Positions 9,576-18,839 of a DNA stretch of 64,000 bases are shown one piece after another. The DNA is from Methanobacteriota archaeon (GTDB lineage Archaea; Thermoplasmatota; Thermoplasmata; SG8-5; JAGLSY01). The notes under the pieces are model-generated. The model was not told where the DNA came from and searched no databases. It saw nothing but the letters and a program-made list of their open reading frames with translations. The stretch is from NCBI GenBank assembly GCA_020696385.1, contig JAEHCQ010000001.1, positions 256,001 to 320,000 on the forward strand. Reading direction: 5' to 3'. Position numbers and translations under genes: made by a program. Numbering within the stretch: position 1 is the first letter of the stretch; the number at the start of each line of letters is the position of its first letter.

Positions 9576-12500
9576 TTATAATATGCTGGACAGATGCTCC
9601 TTCATCCTATCCAGATACTCTTTTCTCTCTTCCAGCTGCTTCTCCTTCTTCGCAATGTCAGCTTCCTTTTTCTTCAATTCCGCATGGAGCTCGTCGGTCT
9701 TTTCCTTGGTCGTCGAGTGGGACTTCTCCTTCTTGGCCAGTTCCGCTTCCTTCTTGACCATGTCCTTCTCCAGGTTTTCGAGCCGCTTCTGTTCTTTTTC
9801 TATCGACTTGCGCTCGGTTTCCAGAGTCTTTTCGACCCGGGACCTGATGATATGCTCCGCATCTATTGCTTTTTGAGATTCTATCTCGATCTGCTTCCAG
9901 ACCTCGGCGGATTCCTTCTTCTCCGCCATCAAGGCTTCCAGCTCGGTGGACAACTTCTCCGCCTTCTTCTGAATGTCATCTTCCCTGGTCCTGTGTTGTT
10001 CGTTTATCAGCAGGATCTCTCTCTCGCGCTTGGAGATATCCTCTTCCCTGGCCTTGAGATTGGTATCCAGTTCTTCTTTGACCGAGGCCAGCTCATTCTT
10101 TTCATCTGTCAGTTTCTTCAGAAGATCCTCATTGCGCTTCTGCTCCACGGTCTTGGCGTATTTCATCAGTGAAAGAGCGGATTGCTTCATGTCATCCAAT
10201 TCGCCACGCTCTTCCTTGAGCATCTGCATTTCCGCATCCCGCTTATCCATCTCCTCTTCCAGCAGGCGCTTCATCCTATTGAGGTCGGATTCTCTCTCCC
10301 TCAATTCCTTCTGCTGGCGCTCGATCTCCTTCATCCTCTGTGGCAGGTCGCCTTTCAATGTCTCCAGCTTGTCCTGCTCCTCGCGGATGTTCTGCATCTT
10401 CTGGGCGAGCTCGACCTCCATCTGATTGAGATCGGCCTCATGGGATGCCAATTCATCTTCTCTGCGGATCATGATCTCCGCTCTGATCTTCAATTCCTCG
10501 GTTTCCTTAGCGATCCTTTCGATATTGTCGCCAAGATCCCTCTCTCTCTCGGCCAACTCGTCATATTTGTAATTCAATTCTGTTTCTTCCACCTTGATCT
10601 GGATGCCTCTCTTCTTTATCTCCTCGGATTTCTTTTCCAGGTCTCTATCAAGGTCCTTTTGTTGCCGTTCCTTCGCCTCGTGCCTCTTGGTTTCCTTGCC
10701 AAGGTCTTTCCACACCTTGTCCATATCATCCTTTTGGCTTATGAGGCGAGTGTTCTCGTCAGTAATTTCTTTCTCTTTCTCTTTGAGGCTGGCTTCCTTT
10801 TTCTCCAGAGATAGTTTCGTGCTTTCGATCCTCTTTTCTCTCTGGATTATGTCAGCTTCCTTTATCGTGAATTCGGATTGTCTATCAGAAAGGTCTTTGG
10901 AGTCCTCATTGACCCTTTCCTCTTCCAGCCTGGCTGTTTCCAGTCTCTTATCGATCTCCTCTTCCTTGATAGATAGATCCTCCATCCTTCCAGCAAGCTC
11001 TCCATCCAGCTGAGCCAGTTCCTTGTTTCGGAGATCAATTTCCTCGGATCTCCGGCTCACCTGACGTTCCCTCTCCTTCAGCTCGATATCCGCTCGATGA
11101 AGGGCATCCTGTTGTTCTGTGAATTCGCTTTCCTTGTTCGATCGTGACTTTTTGAAATCATTGAGGTCGTTCTCATACCTCACTTTCTTCTCTTCAAGTC
11201 TGGTAAGATTAGCCTCATATTTTATCTCCCTTTCCCTGAGTCCGGAATCTGCCTCATTGATAGCATTCTCCCTCTGTTTGAGTTCCTTCTCTTCCTTTCC
11301 GATCTCCAGCTTCCTTTGCTTGTAGGCCTCGATATCCTCCACGAGGTGCTGCCTTTCCTGGGCCATCCTGTCCTTTTCCTTCTCAAGCTCATTCTCCTGG
11401 TTCTTGAGCATTATTTCCATCTCGCCCAGGACATTGTCCCTTTCATCCGCCCCTTCGACCTGCATGTCCAGCTCTTTCTTTCGAGATTCCAGTTCCTGTT
11501 CCAGGGCCTTGAGCTCGGCATCTTTCTCGGACAACTCCAAGGATAGGGCATCATACTTCTCGGATAGCTCTGTAGATAGAGCATCGTGCTTCTCAGATAG
11601 CTCTGCAGATAGTAGCGTATGCTTCTCTGATCTATCGGACAGGTCAGCCTCCAGGCGTTCCAATCGCCTGGATTCCTTGTCCAGATCGCTTCTCTCCTTT
11701 CGCAATTCCTTGTCAGTGATCTTCAGGTCAGAATCCTTGGTCGCGAGCTTTTCTTCCTTCTCATTGAGCTTGGCCTCAAGCTTATCAAGCTTAGTGGCCA
11801 GCTTCTTTTGTTCCTTGACTTCTGCGTCATGGACTTCCTTCTTTTCTTCCAGGTCCTTCAGTTGATTTGAAATTTCCTCGCGCTTGGCAAGGATCTCGGC
11901 TTCCTTATCACCGATCTCGCCCTTGGACAGGGTTATGCCTTCTCTCATATTCTCCAATTCTTGCCATTGCTCATCAAGGTCACTTCGGCTCTCCGTGAGC
12001 TCCCCCTCTTTGGTATCAAGGGTTTCCTGGAGTTCCTTAAGATCGGCTTCCAGTCGGCCTTTTTCTTCCTCGAATTCCTCCCTGTCGGCGATGAGAAGCT
12101 GTATATCGGAATCGATGTTCTTTCTCTCAGTAGCGATCTTCTTCTCTCTCTTTGCCATGGATTTTTCATTGGCTGTCAATTCTTCATGGCGTGTGGAATA
12201 ATCCGCCTCGTTCTGCTCGTATTCCGCCATATTGGTAGCCAGGATCTTTTCCCTTTCTTCAAGTTCGATCTCGGACGCGGAGATATGGTCTTTGGATTCC
12301 GCAAGGTCTGAATTTAATTTCTCTATCTCCGAATCCTTATCCGCGATGGTCGTGTCCAGCTCGGCGATCCGGTCATTTGTTTCAGTCAATTCTGCTTCAA
12401 GAGAAGATATCTTCTCATTCACATCGGACTGGCCATCAGCAAGCTCTTTCTCCTTGCCCGATACACGCTCGGACTCCTGGGCCAATTCATCCTTTGCCTT

Positions 12501-13964
12501 TTCAAGTTCGGATTCCCGGGATTCAAGGTCAGCCTTCAGGCCTTCCTGTTCCTCCTTCAGTGCTTGGAGTTCCAATTCTTTTTCTTCCAGAGCCTTGGAA
12601 TTGTCAGCATGTTCAGCTAATTTGGATTCGAGTTCCTTTGTTCTCTCGGCCAGATCACTTTCAAGATCAGCGAGTTCCTTGGATCTGGTATCCAATTCAC
12701 CCTTTGTTTTGCTAACATCCTTTTCAGTGGACTCGAATTCCGCTTTCTGGGCATCCAGTTCGGACTTGAGGGATTCGAGTTCACCCTCAAGATCCTTTGA
12801 TCGTGATTCCTGTTCTTTAAGAGCCTTTTTGAGATCAGCCTTTTCATTACTTGTTTTGGCCTTGACCTTGTCCAGCCCCTCAATATCCCCTTCTAGAATT
12901 GAAATTCGGGCGTCAGATTCTTTATTTATTTCTTCAAGTTCATTGTACTTCTCTTCCAATTCCTCTTTATCTTTCTTCAGCTTGTCGATCTCCTTTTCAA
13001 GAGATTTCTCCGCCTTGCCTCGGGATTTCTTATCATCTTCCAGCTTCTGCTGGCCATCTTCAAGCTTGGATATGCTCTTTTCAAGGTCTGATTTTTCCAT
13101 ATCAAGCTTCTTATATGCTGCCCCAAGGTCCACAAATCTCTTTTCAAGGTCAGCTTTCTCATCTTCGAGGTCTTTGATCTTCTTTTCGGATTCTTTTTCC
13201 TTACCCTCTGATTCCTTGAGCTTATCCTGGCCTTTCTCCAATTTGGATATCTTTGTCTCAAGATCCTTCTTCTCATCATCCATCTGGGATATCTTGGCCT
13301 CAAGTTCTTCAGCCTCTTTCTTGAACTTTGATAGGTCCTCGGCCTCTTTCTTTTTGGCCTCCAGTTCGCCTGTCAAAGCCTTTATCTCATCATCCTTAGC
13401 TGATATCTGATCCTGTATCTCTTTATTCCTGGCGGCTTCCTTTTCTTTAGCCTTTTCCATTGCCTGAGATAACGAATCTGTATCCATTTCAGCGGCTGGT
13501 TTGGGAGCCACTGGCTCAGGCTCGGGCTCTTCCTCGACAACAGGTTCTTCCTTGGATTCCTCTTTGGCCTTAGGCTTCTTCTCAGGGGCTTTGGGCTTGG
13601 GTTCTTCCTTTGGTTTTGGTTTATCTTTAACCTTGTATGTTGGGATCTCAACTTTGTCCATGATCTGAGAGGTTATATCCACCATCTCGCCAGCATCTTC
13701 TTCACTATCATCATCGGTGATATTCGGATCTTTGAGATTGGTTCCACAAGAAAAGCAAAGTGCGGAATCTCCACTGTTAATCGCACTGCAGTTAGGACAA
13801 TGGATCTCGCCCACTGCCTCTTCAATGACTTCATCTTCGGCTGGTGGTTCATCAATTATGGCAGGCTCTTCAATAATAGGCTCTTCGGGAGGAGATTCCT
13901 CTATAACTACAGCCTCTTCCGGCTTCTCTTCGAGAGATTTCTTTGCCTTGTCCCTTAATCCCAT
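9576..13964 (-). CDS. Giant coiled-coil protein (1462 aa) with N-terminal zinc ribbon
   Basis: CPNC..CFSC zinc ribbon, acidic Pro-rich linker, then ~1250 aa of E/K-rich heptads; no Walker motifs. Confidence 0.85.
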   Translation of the reverse strand: MGLRDKAKKSLEEKPEEAVVIEESPPEEPIIEEPAIIDEPPAEDEVIEEAVGEIHCPNCSAINSGDSALCFSCGTNLKDPNITDDDSEEDAGEMVDITSQIMDKVEIPTYKVKDKPKPKEEPKPKAPEKKPKAKEESKEEPVVEEEPEPEPVAPKPAAEMDTDSLSQAMEKAKEKEAARNKEIQDQISAKDDEIKALTGELEAKKKEAEDLSKFKKEAEELEAKISQMDDEKKDLETKISKLEKGQDKLKESEGKEKESEKKIKDLEDEKADLEKRFVDLGAAYKKLDMEKSDLEKSISKLEDGQQKLEDDKKSRGKAEKSLEKEIDKLKKDKEELEEKYNELEEINKESDARISILEGDIEGLDKVKAKTSNEKADLKKALKEQESRSKDLEGELESLKSELDAQKAEFESTEKDVSKTKGELDTRSKELADLESDLAERTKELESKLAEHADNSKALEEKELELQALKEEQEGLKADLESRESELEKAKDELAQESERVSGKEKELADGQSDVNEKISSLEAELTETNDRIAELDTTIADKDSEIEKLNSDLAESKDHISASEIELEEREKILATNMAEYEQNEADYSTRHEELTANEKSMAKREKKIATERKNIDSDIQLLIADREEFEEEKGRLEADLKELQETLDTKEGELTESRSDLDEQWQELENMREGITLSKGEIGDKEAEILAKREEISNQLKDLEEKKEVHDAEVKEQKKLATKLDKLEAKLNEKEEKLATKDSDLKITDKELRKERSDLDKESRRLERLEADLSDRSEKHTLLSAELSEKHDALSTELSEKYDALSLELSEKDAELKALEQELESRKKELDMQVEGADERDNVLGEMEIMLKNQENELEKEKDRMAQERQHLVEDIEAYKQRKLEIGKEEKELKQRENAINEADSGLREREIKYEANLTRLEEKKVRYENDLNDFKKSRSNKESEFTEQQDALHRADIELKERERQVSRRSEEIDLRNKELAQLDGELAGRMEDLSIKEEEIDKRLETARLEEERVNEDSKDLSDRQSEFTIKEADIIQREKRIESTKLSLEKKEASLKEKEKEITDENTRLISQKDDMDKVWKDLGKETKRHEAKERQQKDLDRDLEKKSEEIKKRGIQIKVEETELNYKYDELAERERDLGDNIERIAKETEELKIRAEIMIRREDELASHEADLNQMEVELAQKMQNIREEQDKLETLKGDLPQRMKEIERQQKELRERESDLNRMKRLLEEEMDKRDAEMQMLKEERGELDDMKQSALSLMKYAKTVEQKRNEDLLKKLTDEKNELASVKEELDTNLKAREEDISKREREILLINEQHRTREDDIQKKAEKLSTELEALMAEKKESAEVWKQIEIESQKAIDAEHIIRSRVEKTLETERKSIEKEQKRLENLEKDMVKKEAELAKKEKSHSTTKEKTDELHAELKKKEADIAKKEKQLEERKEYLDRMKEHLSSIL
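11510..11630 (-). repeat. Three 33-bp coding repeats (LSxELSEKxDA)
   Basis: LSAELSEKHDA LSTELSEKYDA LSLELSEKDAE in the coiled-coil protein. Confidence 0.7.
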
Positions 13965-13974
13965 GTAATTCCAC

Positions 13975-15363
13975 CTATAATCCTAATTCGTCCATCACCT
14001 TCTCATATGTCTTGAACTTTTCTGATTTCGCAAATGCATCTATTTTATCCTGAGGCAGATGTCCCAGAAGGTCATCTATCTCATTTAATATATCCTTGAT
14101 GTCATCGTGGATATCTATTAGTTTCTTTTCCTCAGTAGATAGCTCGGATTCCTCGGCTTCTGCTTTCTTGAGCTCGGATTCCAGTAATGTTATCTTTCTG
14201 GTAAGTTCTTTCTCTTTCTTGGCGAAGATATTCAATTCCTCGGCGATCTCCTCGGGGCTCTTATCACTTTTCATGGTCTTTTTGAGCTCATTTTGTGCTG
14301 CAACCTGATTCTCCATCCATTCCGTCCTGGCCTTCTTGCTCTTGTTCATGATACTTTTCAATTCCTTCTCTTCGATCATCCAGATATATTGTAATTGTTC
14401 CCAGATCGCCCTATTATCACCCTTCTCATCTTGAAGTGATTCTATCGTCTTCTTCATTTCCTCCTCGGTCTTCCTGAGGCTCTTCTCCCTACTCTTCAAT
14501 GAGTCTATCCTGTCTTTTAGTTCCTGTTCTTTCTTTTTCAGGAACTCTTCTCTGGACTTCATCCTTGCCTTTTCTTCTTCCCGTCTTGCCATCTCGGATT
14601 TGAATGAATCCAGCCTAACCTTGAATTTCTTCTCCTTATCTATGAGCTCTTCCTGATGCTTCTCAAGAAGATGGCGATATGTCTCATCCATGTTCTTGAT
14701 ATTATCCTCCAATTGATGAATCTCATCCCTCTCGATAGAAATATTGGACATTCGCCTTTCCAGTTCCGCACGTTTCTGTATGGCCTCGGGATCTTCAGAA
14801 TCGGGCATCTGGCTAAGCTCATCTTTTATACTCTGGGTCTCAGCTTCGGCCATATCAAGAGATTCTCGCCTTGCCTTCAGGGCCGTCTGTAATGGAGAGG
14901 CCAGCTTCAATATGCTCTGCTCTCTCTTTTCGAATACAGAGACCTCTTCAGCGGTCTTCTGGATCTCCTTTATGCTCTCTTTCACAACATTAGTGGGTTC
15001 TTGTGATCCCAGCACAGCGGAGAATACCTTTGTGGCATCTTCTTCTTCTTTCTTGTCTTCATGAGAAGGCGCGTCTGGCACTTTCTGGGCCTTGCCCCAT
15101 TGAAGTAGCCTTGACAGGAACTCTTCATCCTCTTCACTTCGAAGAGAAGTGACATCTCTTGTGGCCTGGAATTTAAGTCCACAGTTAAAACAATCCTTCG
15201 CACCACCTTCCAGAACAGTTCCACAATAAGGACATATCATTGCCTGGAACTCACCATCCAGGGACTCTCCGCAATGCTCACAGGTCGTGGAACTGGCCTC
15301 TATGCCAGAACCGCATTCTGAGCAATGAACAGTGCCTTCTTGTGTATGTCCTTTACGAGCCAT
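13975..15363 (-). CDS. Double zinc-ribbon plus coiled-coil protein
   Basis: CSEC/CEHC/CPYC/CFNC, then heptads; ends 10 nt before the giant coiled-coil gene, with GGTGG RBS. Confidence 0.8.
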   Translation of the reverse strand: MARKGHTQEGTVHCSECGSGIEASSTTCEHCGESLDGEFQAMICPYCGTVLEGGAKDCFNCGLKFQATRDVTSLRSEEDEEFLSRLLQWGKAQKVPDAPSHEDKKEEEDATKVFSAVLGSQEPTNVVKESIKEIQKTAEEVSVFEKREQSILKLASPLQTALKARRESLDMAEAETQSIKDELSQMPDSEDPEAIQKRAELERRMSNISIERDEIHQLEDNIKNMDETYRHLLEKHQEELIDKEKKFKVRLDSFKSEMARREEEKARMKSREEFLKKKEQELKDRIDSLKSREKSLRKTEEEMKKTIESLQDEKGDNRAIWEQLQYIWMIEEKELKSIMNKSKKARTEWMENQVAAQNELKKTMKSDKSPEEIAEELNIFAKKEKELTRKITLLESELKKAEAEESELSTEEKKLIDIHDDIKDILNEIDDLLGHLPQDKIDAFAKSEKFKTYEKVMDELGL

Positions 15364-15576
15364 GCATCCTCCGCCAACCTGGAGACCATCAAACCCAACC
15401 TGAGAATAGATGATCCTTTAGATAATACTGGGATAGTATTGGTTAATATACATATATATTTTTAGATTGATTTGTTAAAATTGAAAATGCCGTATGCATG
15501 GCATAGATGACCACGCCTGATATCAGATCGAACATCAGGCGAAACCTTATTGATAACCACCCTCATTCCGGCCTCG

Positions 15577-16470
15577 ATGGTACAGTTCCTGATAAGATAT
15601 GGCGAGATAGGTCTCAAGAGCAAGGCAGTTCGTGAGAGATTCCAGAGAATACTCGTCAATAATATACAGGCTCATTTCATGAAAATGGGGCTGGAATGCA
15701 GGACCGCCTCGGATTATGGACGGATCTATCTGTGGACGGAGAAGCCAGAGGATGCCAGAATAATTTTGAGAAGGGTCTTTGGGATCGTCTCCTTTTCTGA
15801 AGTTGTGGAGACGACCTCGGAAATGGAGGATATAAAAGCGGTGGCTATCGACATATCAAAAGACCTTCTCGGTAAGGGAACGCATTTCGCGGTCAGAGCG
15901 AGAAGAACTGGCCAGCACGATTATACCAGTGTGGATCTGGGACGGGACGTGGGATCTGCAATTTATCTGGCAAATGAGGATTTGGGCCTGAAGGTGGACC
16001 TCACCAAGCCAGAGGTCGAGGTCTTTGTCGAGACCAGGCAAAACAAGACCTACTTATTCGTCGGTAAAACACCCGGGCCTGGCGGCATGCCTCTTGGTAG
16101 CCAGGGTAAGGTCATCGGCATTGCGGAGGACAGGAAGGATATTGTCTCCATCTGGCTCATGATGAAAAGAGGATGTCGTGTTTTCATTCTTCCAAAGGAT
16201 GAGGAGATCATCGACAGCCTTTGGGCATGGGATCCAGGTATGAAACTACTGGACTTCGAGAATCATACGCCGGAAATTCCGATCAGCCAGAACGCGGAAT
16301 TGATCATGACCTGGGCAAGGAGAAAGAGGGCCGAGGGATTGGTCCTGGGCTGGGATCTTAAACAAGTTGAAGAAAATAAGCTGGATGTCCCATTGCCGAT
16401 ATTCCACCCAAGGATAGGGCTGTCGGATGAAGAGGTCTTGGACATGCTGGATATGATTGAGAAAGCGTAG
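15577..16470 (+). CDS. ThiI-like THUMP protein with degenerate PP-loop
   Basis: IRYGEIGLKS, RVFGIVSFS, FAVRARRTG, VDLTKP, GPGGMPLGSQGK, WLMMKRG; SGGxDS replaced by AEDRKD. Confidence 0.75.
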   Translation: MVQFLIRYGEIGLKSKAVRERFQRILVNNIQAHFMKMGLECRTASDYGRIYLWTEKPEDARIILRRVFGIVSFSEVVETTSEMEDIKAVAIDISKDLLGKGTHFAVRARRTGQHDYTSVDLGRDVGSAIYLANEDLGLKVDLTKPEVEVFVETRQNKTYLFVGKTPGPGGMPLGSQGKVIGIAEDRKDIVSIWLMMKRGCRVFILPKDEEIIDSLWAWDPGMKLLDFENHTPEIPISQNAELIMTWARRKRAEGLVLGWDLKQVEENKLDVPLPIFHPRIGLSDEEVLDMLDMIEKA

Positions 16471-16661
16471 GGTATCGCGCTATGTTTTTTGGATTAGAAG
16501 GTTCGAAAAGGTAGAAAGGTTCGTTGTTGCTGACGAACCTTTCTAGATTTTTGTCAAGCTGGGTGTGGATAAAGACCCCGGCCATCGTTGAACTCCAACC
16601 GGGGCTTAATTTGACTCATCGCTTTGAAAGCGATGAGGCTATCTTTTTTGCAGAGACATCG

Positions 16662-16735
16662 CTGTCACTTGCTGAGATAAAGAATATATTACCCCGCCCG
16701 CACAATGAGAATACACTGTGTTTAGACGGGGCATG
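16662..16735 (-). mobile_element. IS200/IS605-like palindromic element, copy 2
   Basis: 16690-16735 is 42/46 identical to 9499-9544, with differences only in the loop; CTGTCACTnnCTGAG at identical spacing. Confidence 0.55.
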
Positions 16736-16762
16736 TTTGTAGATATCCTGTTGGGACATCGA

Positions 16763-16789
16763 TTATTTAATCTTCTTGTCGTGAGCACG
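16763..16789 (-). repeat. Orphan recoded copy of rpl15e 3' end (RAHDKKIK*)
   Basis: CGT GCT CAC GAC AAG AAG ATT AAA TAA versus gene AGG GCG CAT GAT AAG AAG ATC AAG TAA. Confidence 0.85.
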
Positions 16790-16796
16790 AATATGC

Positions 16797-17498
16797 TTAC
16801 TTGATCTTCTTATCATGCGCCCTTCGGGACGGCCTGGCCTTCTCCACGCCCTTGCCCTTCTTGTGTAGAGCCCTACCGCGCTTTCCTGCAGATGTAAGAC
16901 CGCGCATGACCCTTCGAGTATGCTGTGGCTCACATATCCAGTTGATCTTTGGATCTGATTTTATGACCGGGTGATGAGGATCGACCATTATGACCTCGTA
17001 ATATTTGTGCTTACCATCTTCTCCAACCCAGTATGAATTCAGAACTTCAAGATTAGGATAGTGCTTGGATGTCCTTTCCTCGGCCATCCTCTGAATGCTC
17101 TTGGCAGCCGTGATCTTCTTCTCTCCCTTTCTCTTAGCCCTTCTACCTTTGTTTATCCTGGGCTTTCTCAGGGAACCCCTTCTGACCTTGGCTCTTACAA
17201 TGACATATCCTTGTTTCGCCTTGTATCCCAGGTTTCGTGCCCTGTCCAGTCTTGTTGGATGATCGACCCTTGTGAAAGTGTTCTCACGCCTCCATTCCTG
17301 CATCCTGCTCCACTGGAGTTCCTTGACATATGAATTTGCCGGAACTTTCCAGGCCTCTCCAATGTGGGAGTATAAACTGGCATGGTGCTTTGGTTCTTTC
17401 ACTTCCTGGCCTATCTCTACGAAAGCTGGCTCCTCTTCTGTCTCGGCTGGAGCCTCTTCGCTCTGCTCTTCAATTTTCTTTGCTTTGTCGTCTGCTAT
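16797..17498 (-). CDS. rpl15e: 50S ribosomal protein eL15 with acidic N-terminal extension, probable ATA start
   Basis: [35 protein letters not shown]. Frame open to ATA at 17498, 4 nt after SD GGAGGGTGA. The track starts at GTG 17402. Confidence 0.9.
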   Translation of the reverse strand: MADDKAKKIEEQSEEAPAETEEEPAFVEIGQEVKEPKHHASLYSHIGEAWKVPANSYVKELQWSRMQEWRRENTFTRVDHPTRLDRARNLGYKAKQGYVIVRAKVRRGSLRKPRINKGRRAKRKGEKKITAAKSIQRMAEERTSKHYPNLEVLNSYWVGEDGKHKYYEVIMVDPHHPVIKSDPKINWICEPQHTRRVMRGLTSAGKRGRALHKKGKGVEKARPSRRAHDKKIK

Positions 17499-17519
17499 AG
17501 TATCACCCTCCTTTTGGAG

Positions 17520-17592
17520 TATTTGGGTTCACCCTTCTAGAAACTGGCTACATCGGTGGCAACCATTCCAGGCACATTCCCATCGGAACATT
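17520..17592 (-). promoter_or_regulatory. Probable eL15 ribosomal-protein leader RNA
   Basis: Minus strand GGAATGTGCCTGGAA...GGGTGAACCC directly 5' of the rpl15e SD; resembles the euryarchaeal eL15 leader (recalled, not searched). Confidence 0.55.
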
Positions 17593-17759
17593 GTTCCGCC
17601 GTGTGATTGGAGAACGACACACGTTCTCCATCATGCATTTATCGTATGCGATGTAAGTCCAGGGAAATGGTCAGCATATATATTAGTTTCGCGAGTTAAA
17701 TGAAATAAAGATATATCTGTCGGGAAAAATAAGCTCAAAAAACTTCAGTGGGGAAAAGG

Positions 17760-17784
17760 ATGGCGCTGCATTACACAGCGCCAT
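17760..17784 (-). terminator. Hairpin downstream of the DUF5679 gene
   Basis: ATGGCGCTG/CAGCGCCAT 9-bp stem. Confidence 0.55.
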
Positions 17785-17803
17785 TATGATTGGTAGAAAA
17801 CGG

Positions 17804-17944
17804 TTATGCGCCGATTCTGAAGACACCGGTGCTGCAGTCTGGGCATGTGCCCTTCTGTGCTGGCTTACCGTTCTTCATCGTGATCTTCTTTGCGCCTTTC
17901 ATTTCTACCTTCTTTCTACATTTTACACAATATGCTTCTACCAT
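17804..17944 (-). CDS. Small zinc-binding DUF5679-like protein (46 aa)
   Basis: Manual translation MVEAYCVKCRKKVEMKGAKKITMKNGKPAQKGTCPDCSTGVFRIGA*; SD AGGTGA. Missed by the ORF track. Confidence 0.85.
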   Translation of the reverse strand: MVEAYCVKCRKKVEMKGAKKITMKNGKPAQKGTCPDCSTGVFRIGA

Positions 17945-18170
17945 ATAATTCACCTGGAGGCTAATCACGGAAGGGGTTTATTAAACTATTGAATAATCTC
18001 ATAGCTAATTTAGTAGTAAATTCACGTAAAATATATTGGCTTCGATCCAATTCAATAATGGCTGATATTCCAGATACTGGCACCTATAAAAAGATCAACA
18101 AAATGAATATCAAATTTGGAGGTCTTTTATGCATATTATAGCTAATTCAAGGCTAAAATGGATATATGGG

Positions 18171-18821
18171 CTAAATTCCCATCGCGGCCATTAATTCGGC
18201 CACGCCGGCGCCTCTTTTCGCGTCCGTGAGAAAGACTGGTTTTCCAGGAGCTACACGGGCGGCATCTGACACCAATATCTGTGGGTCCACCTCGATCACC
18301 TCTGCGAGATCGACCTTATTTATGACAATTATATCAGCCAGTCCAAAGATTATAGGGTGCTTTCTTATCATATCATCACCCTCTGTGACCGAAACGACCG
18401 CCACTCTCTTGTCAGTGCCAAGCCAGAAATCTCCCGGACAAACGAGGTTCCCAACATTCTCAATGAGCATGACATCCAGTTCCTCAAGGTCGAACTTTTC
18501 CAATGTATGATCGACCAGATGGGCATCAAGATGGCATTCTTTTCCAGTATTGAGGTTCTTGACATCCACATCATGGCCTGCCACCCTCTTGAAATCATCA
18601 TCACCAGCCACATCACCGCATATGACCCCAGCTTTTACCCCACGCTTGTTGAGAATATCCACCATGGCCTCGATAAGCATGGTCTTTCCAGAACCGATCG
18701 AACCAATGAGGTCGAACGACCTAATATTGTTCTTTGCCAGAAGATCGTGATTGTCCCTGGCTATTCGATTATTTGCTTCCAATAGATCTGCGCCCAGCTC
18801 GACATCCACAACTTTATGCAC
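18171..18821 (-). CDS. hypB: Hydrogenase nickel-incorporation GTPase HypB
   Basis: GSIGSGKT, NTGKECHLDAH, ENVGNLVCP, SVTEGDD, INKVD. Confidence 0.93.
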   Translation of the reverse strand: MHKVVDVELGADLLEANNRIARDNHDLLAKNNIRSFDLIGSIGSGKTMLIEAMVDILNKRGVKAGVICGDVAGDDDFKRVAGHDVDVKNLNTGKECHLDAHLVDHTLEKFDLEELDVMLIENVGNLVCPGDFWLGTDKRVAVVSVTEGDDMIRKHPIIFGLADIIVINKVDLAEVIEVDPQILVSDAARVAPGKPVFLTDAKRGAGVAELMAAMGI

Positions 18822-18839
18822 AATAATTCCTCAAAAATA

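Noticed and set aside
9576-13964. SMC/Rad50 ATPase
   Set aside because: No Walker A/B, signature motif, hinge or central hook.
9527-13968. Many long Ser/Leu/Phe-rich plus-strand ORFs (e.g. 12232-13410)
   Set aside because: Antisense shadows of the E/K-rich coiled-coil gene.
9499-16735. Repeated hairpins as integron attC sites
   Set aside because: No integron integrase, no RYYYAAC/GTTRRRY boxes, and the flanking genes are core genes rather than cassettes.
16358-16742. Short ORFs in the thiI-rpl15e intergenic region
   Set aside because: No RBS or recognisable motif; they run through hairpin elements.
18171-18821. hypB as part of a hydrogenase operon
   Set aside because: No other hyp or hydrogenase genes adjacent; any link to LarA nickel supply is unsupported.
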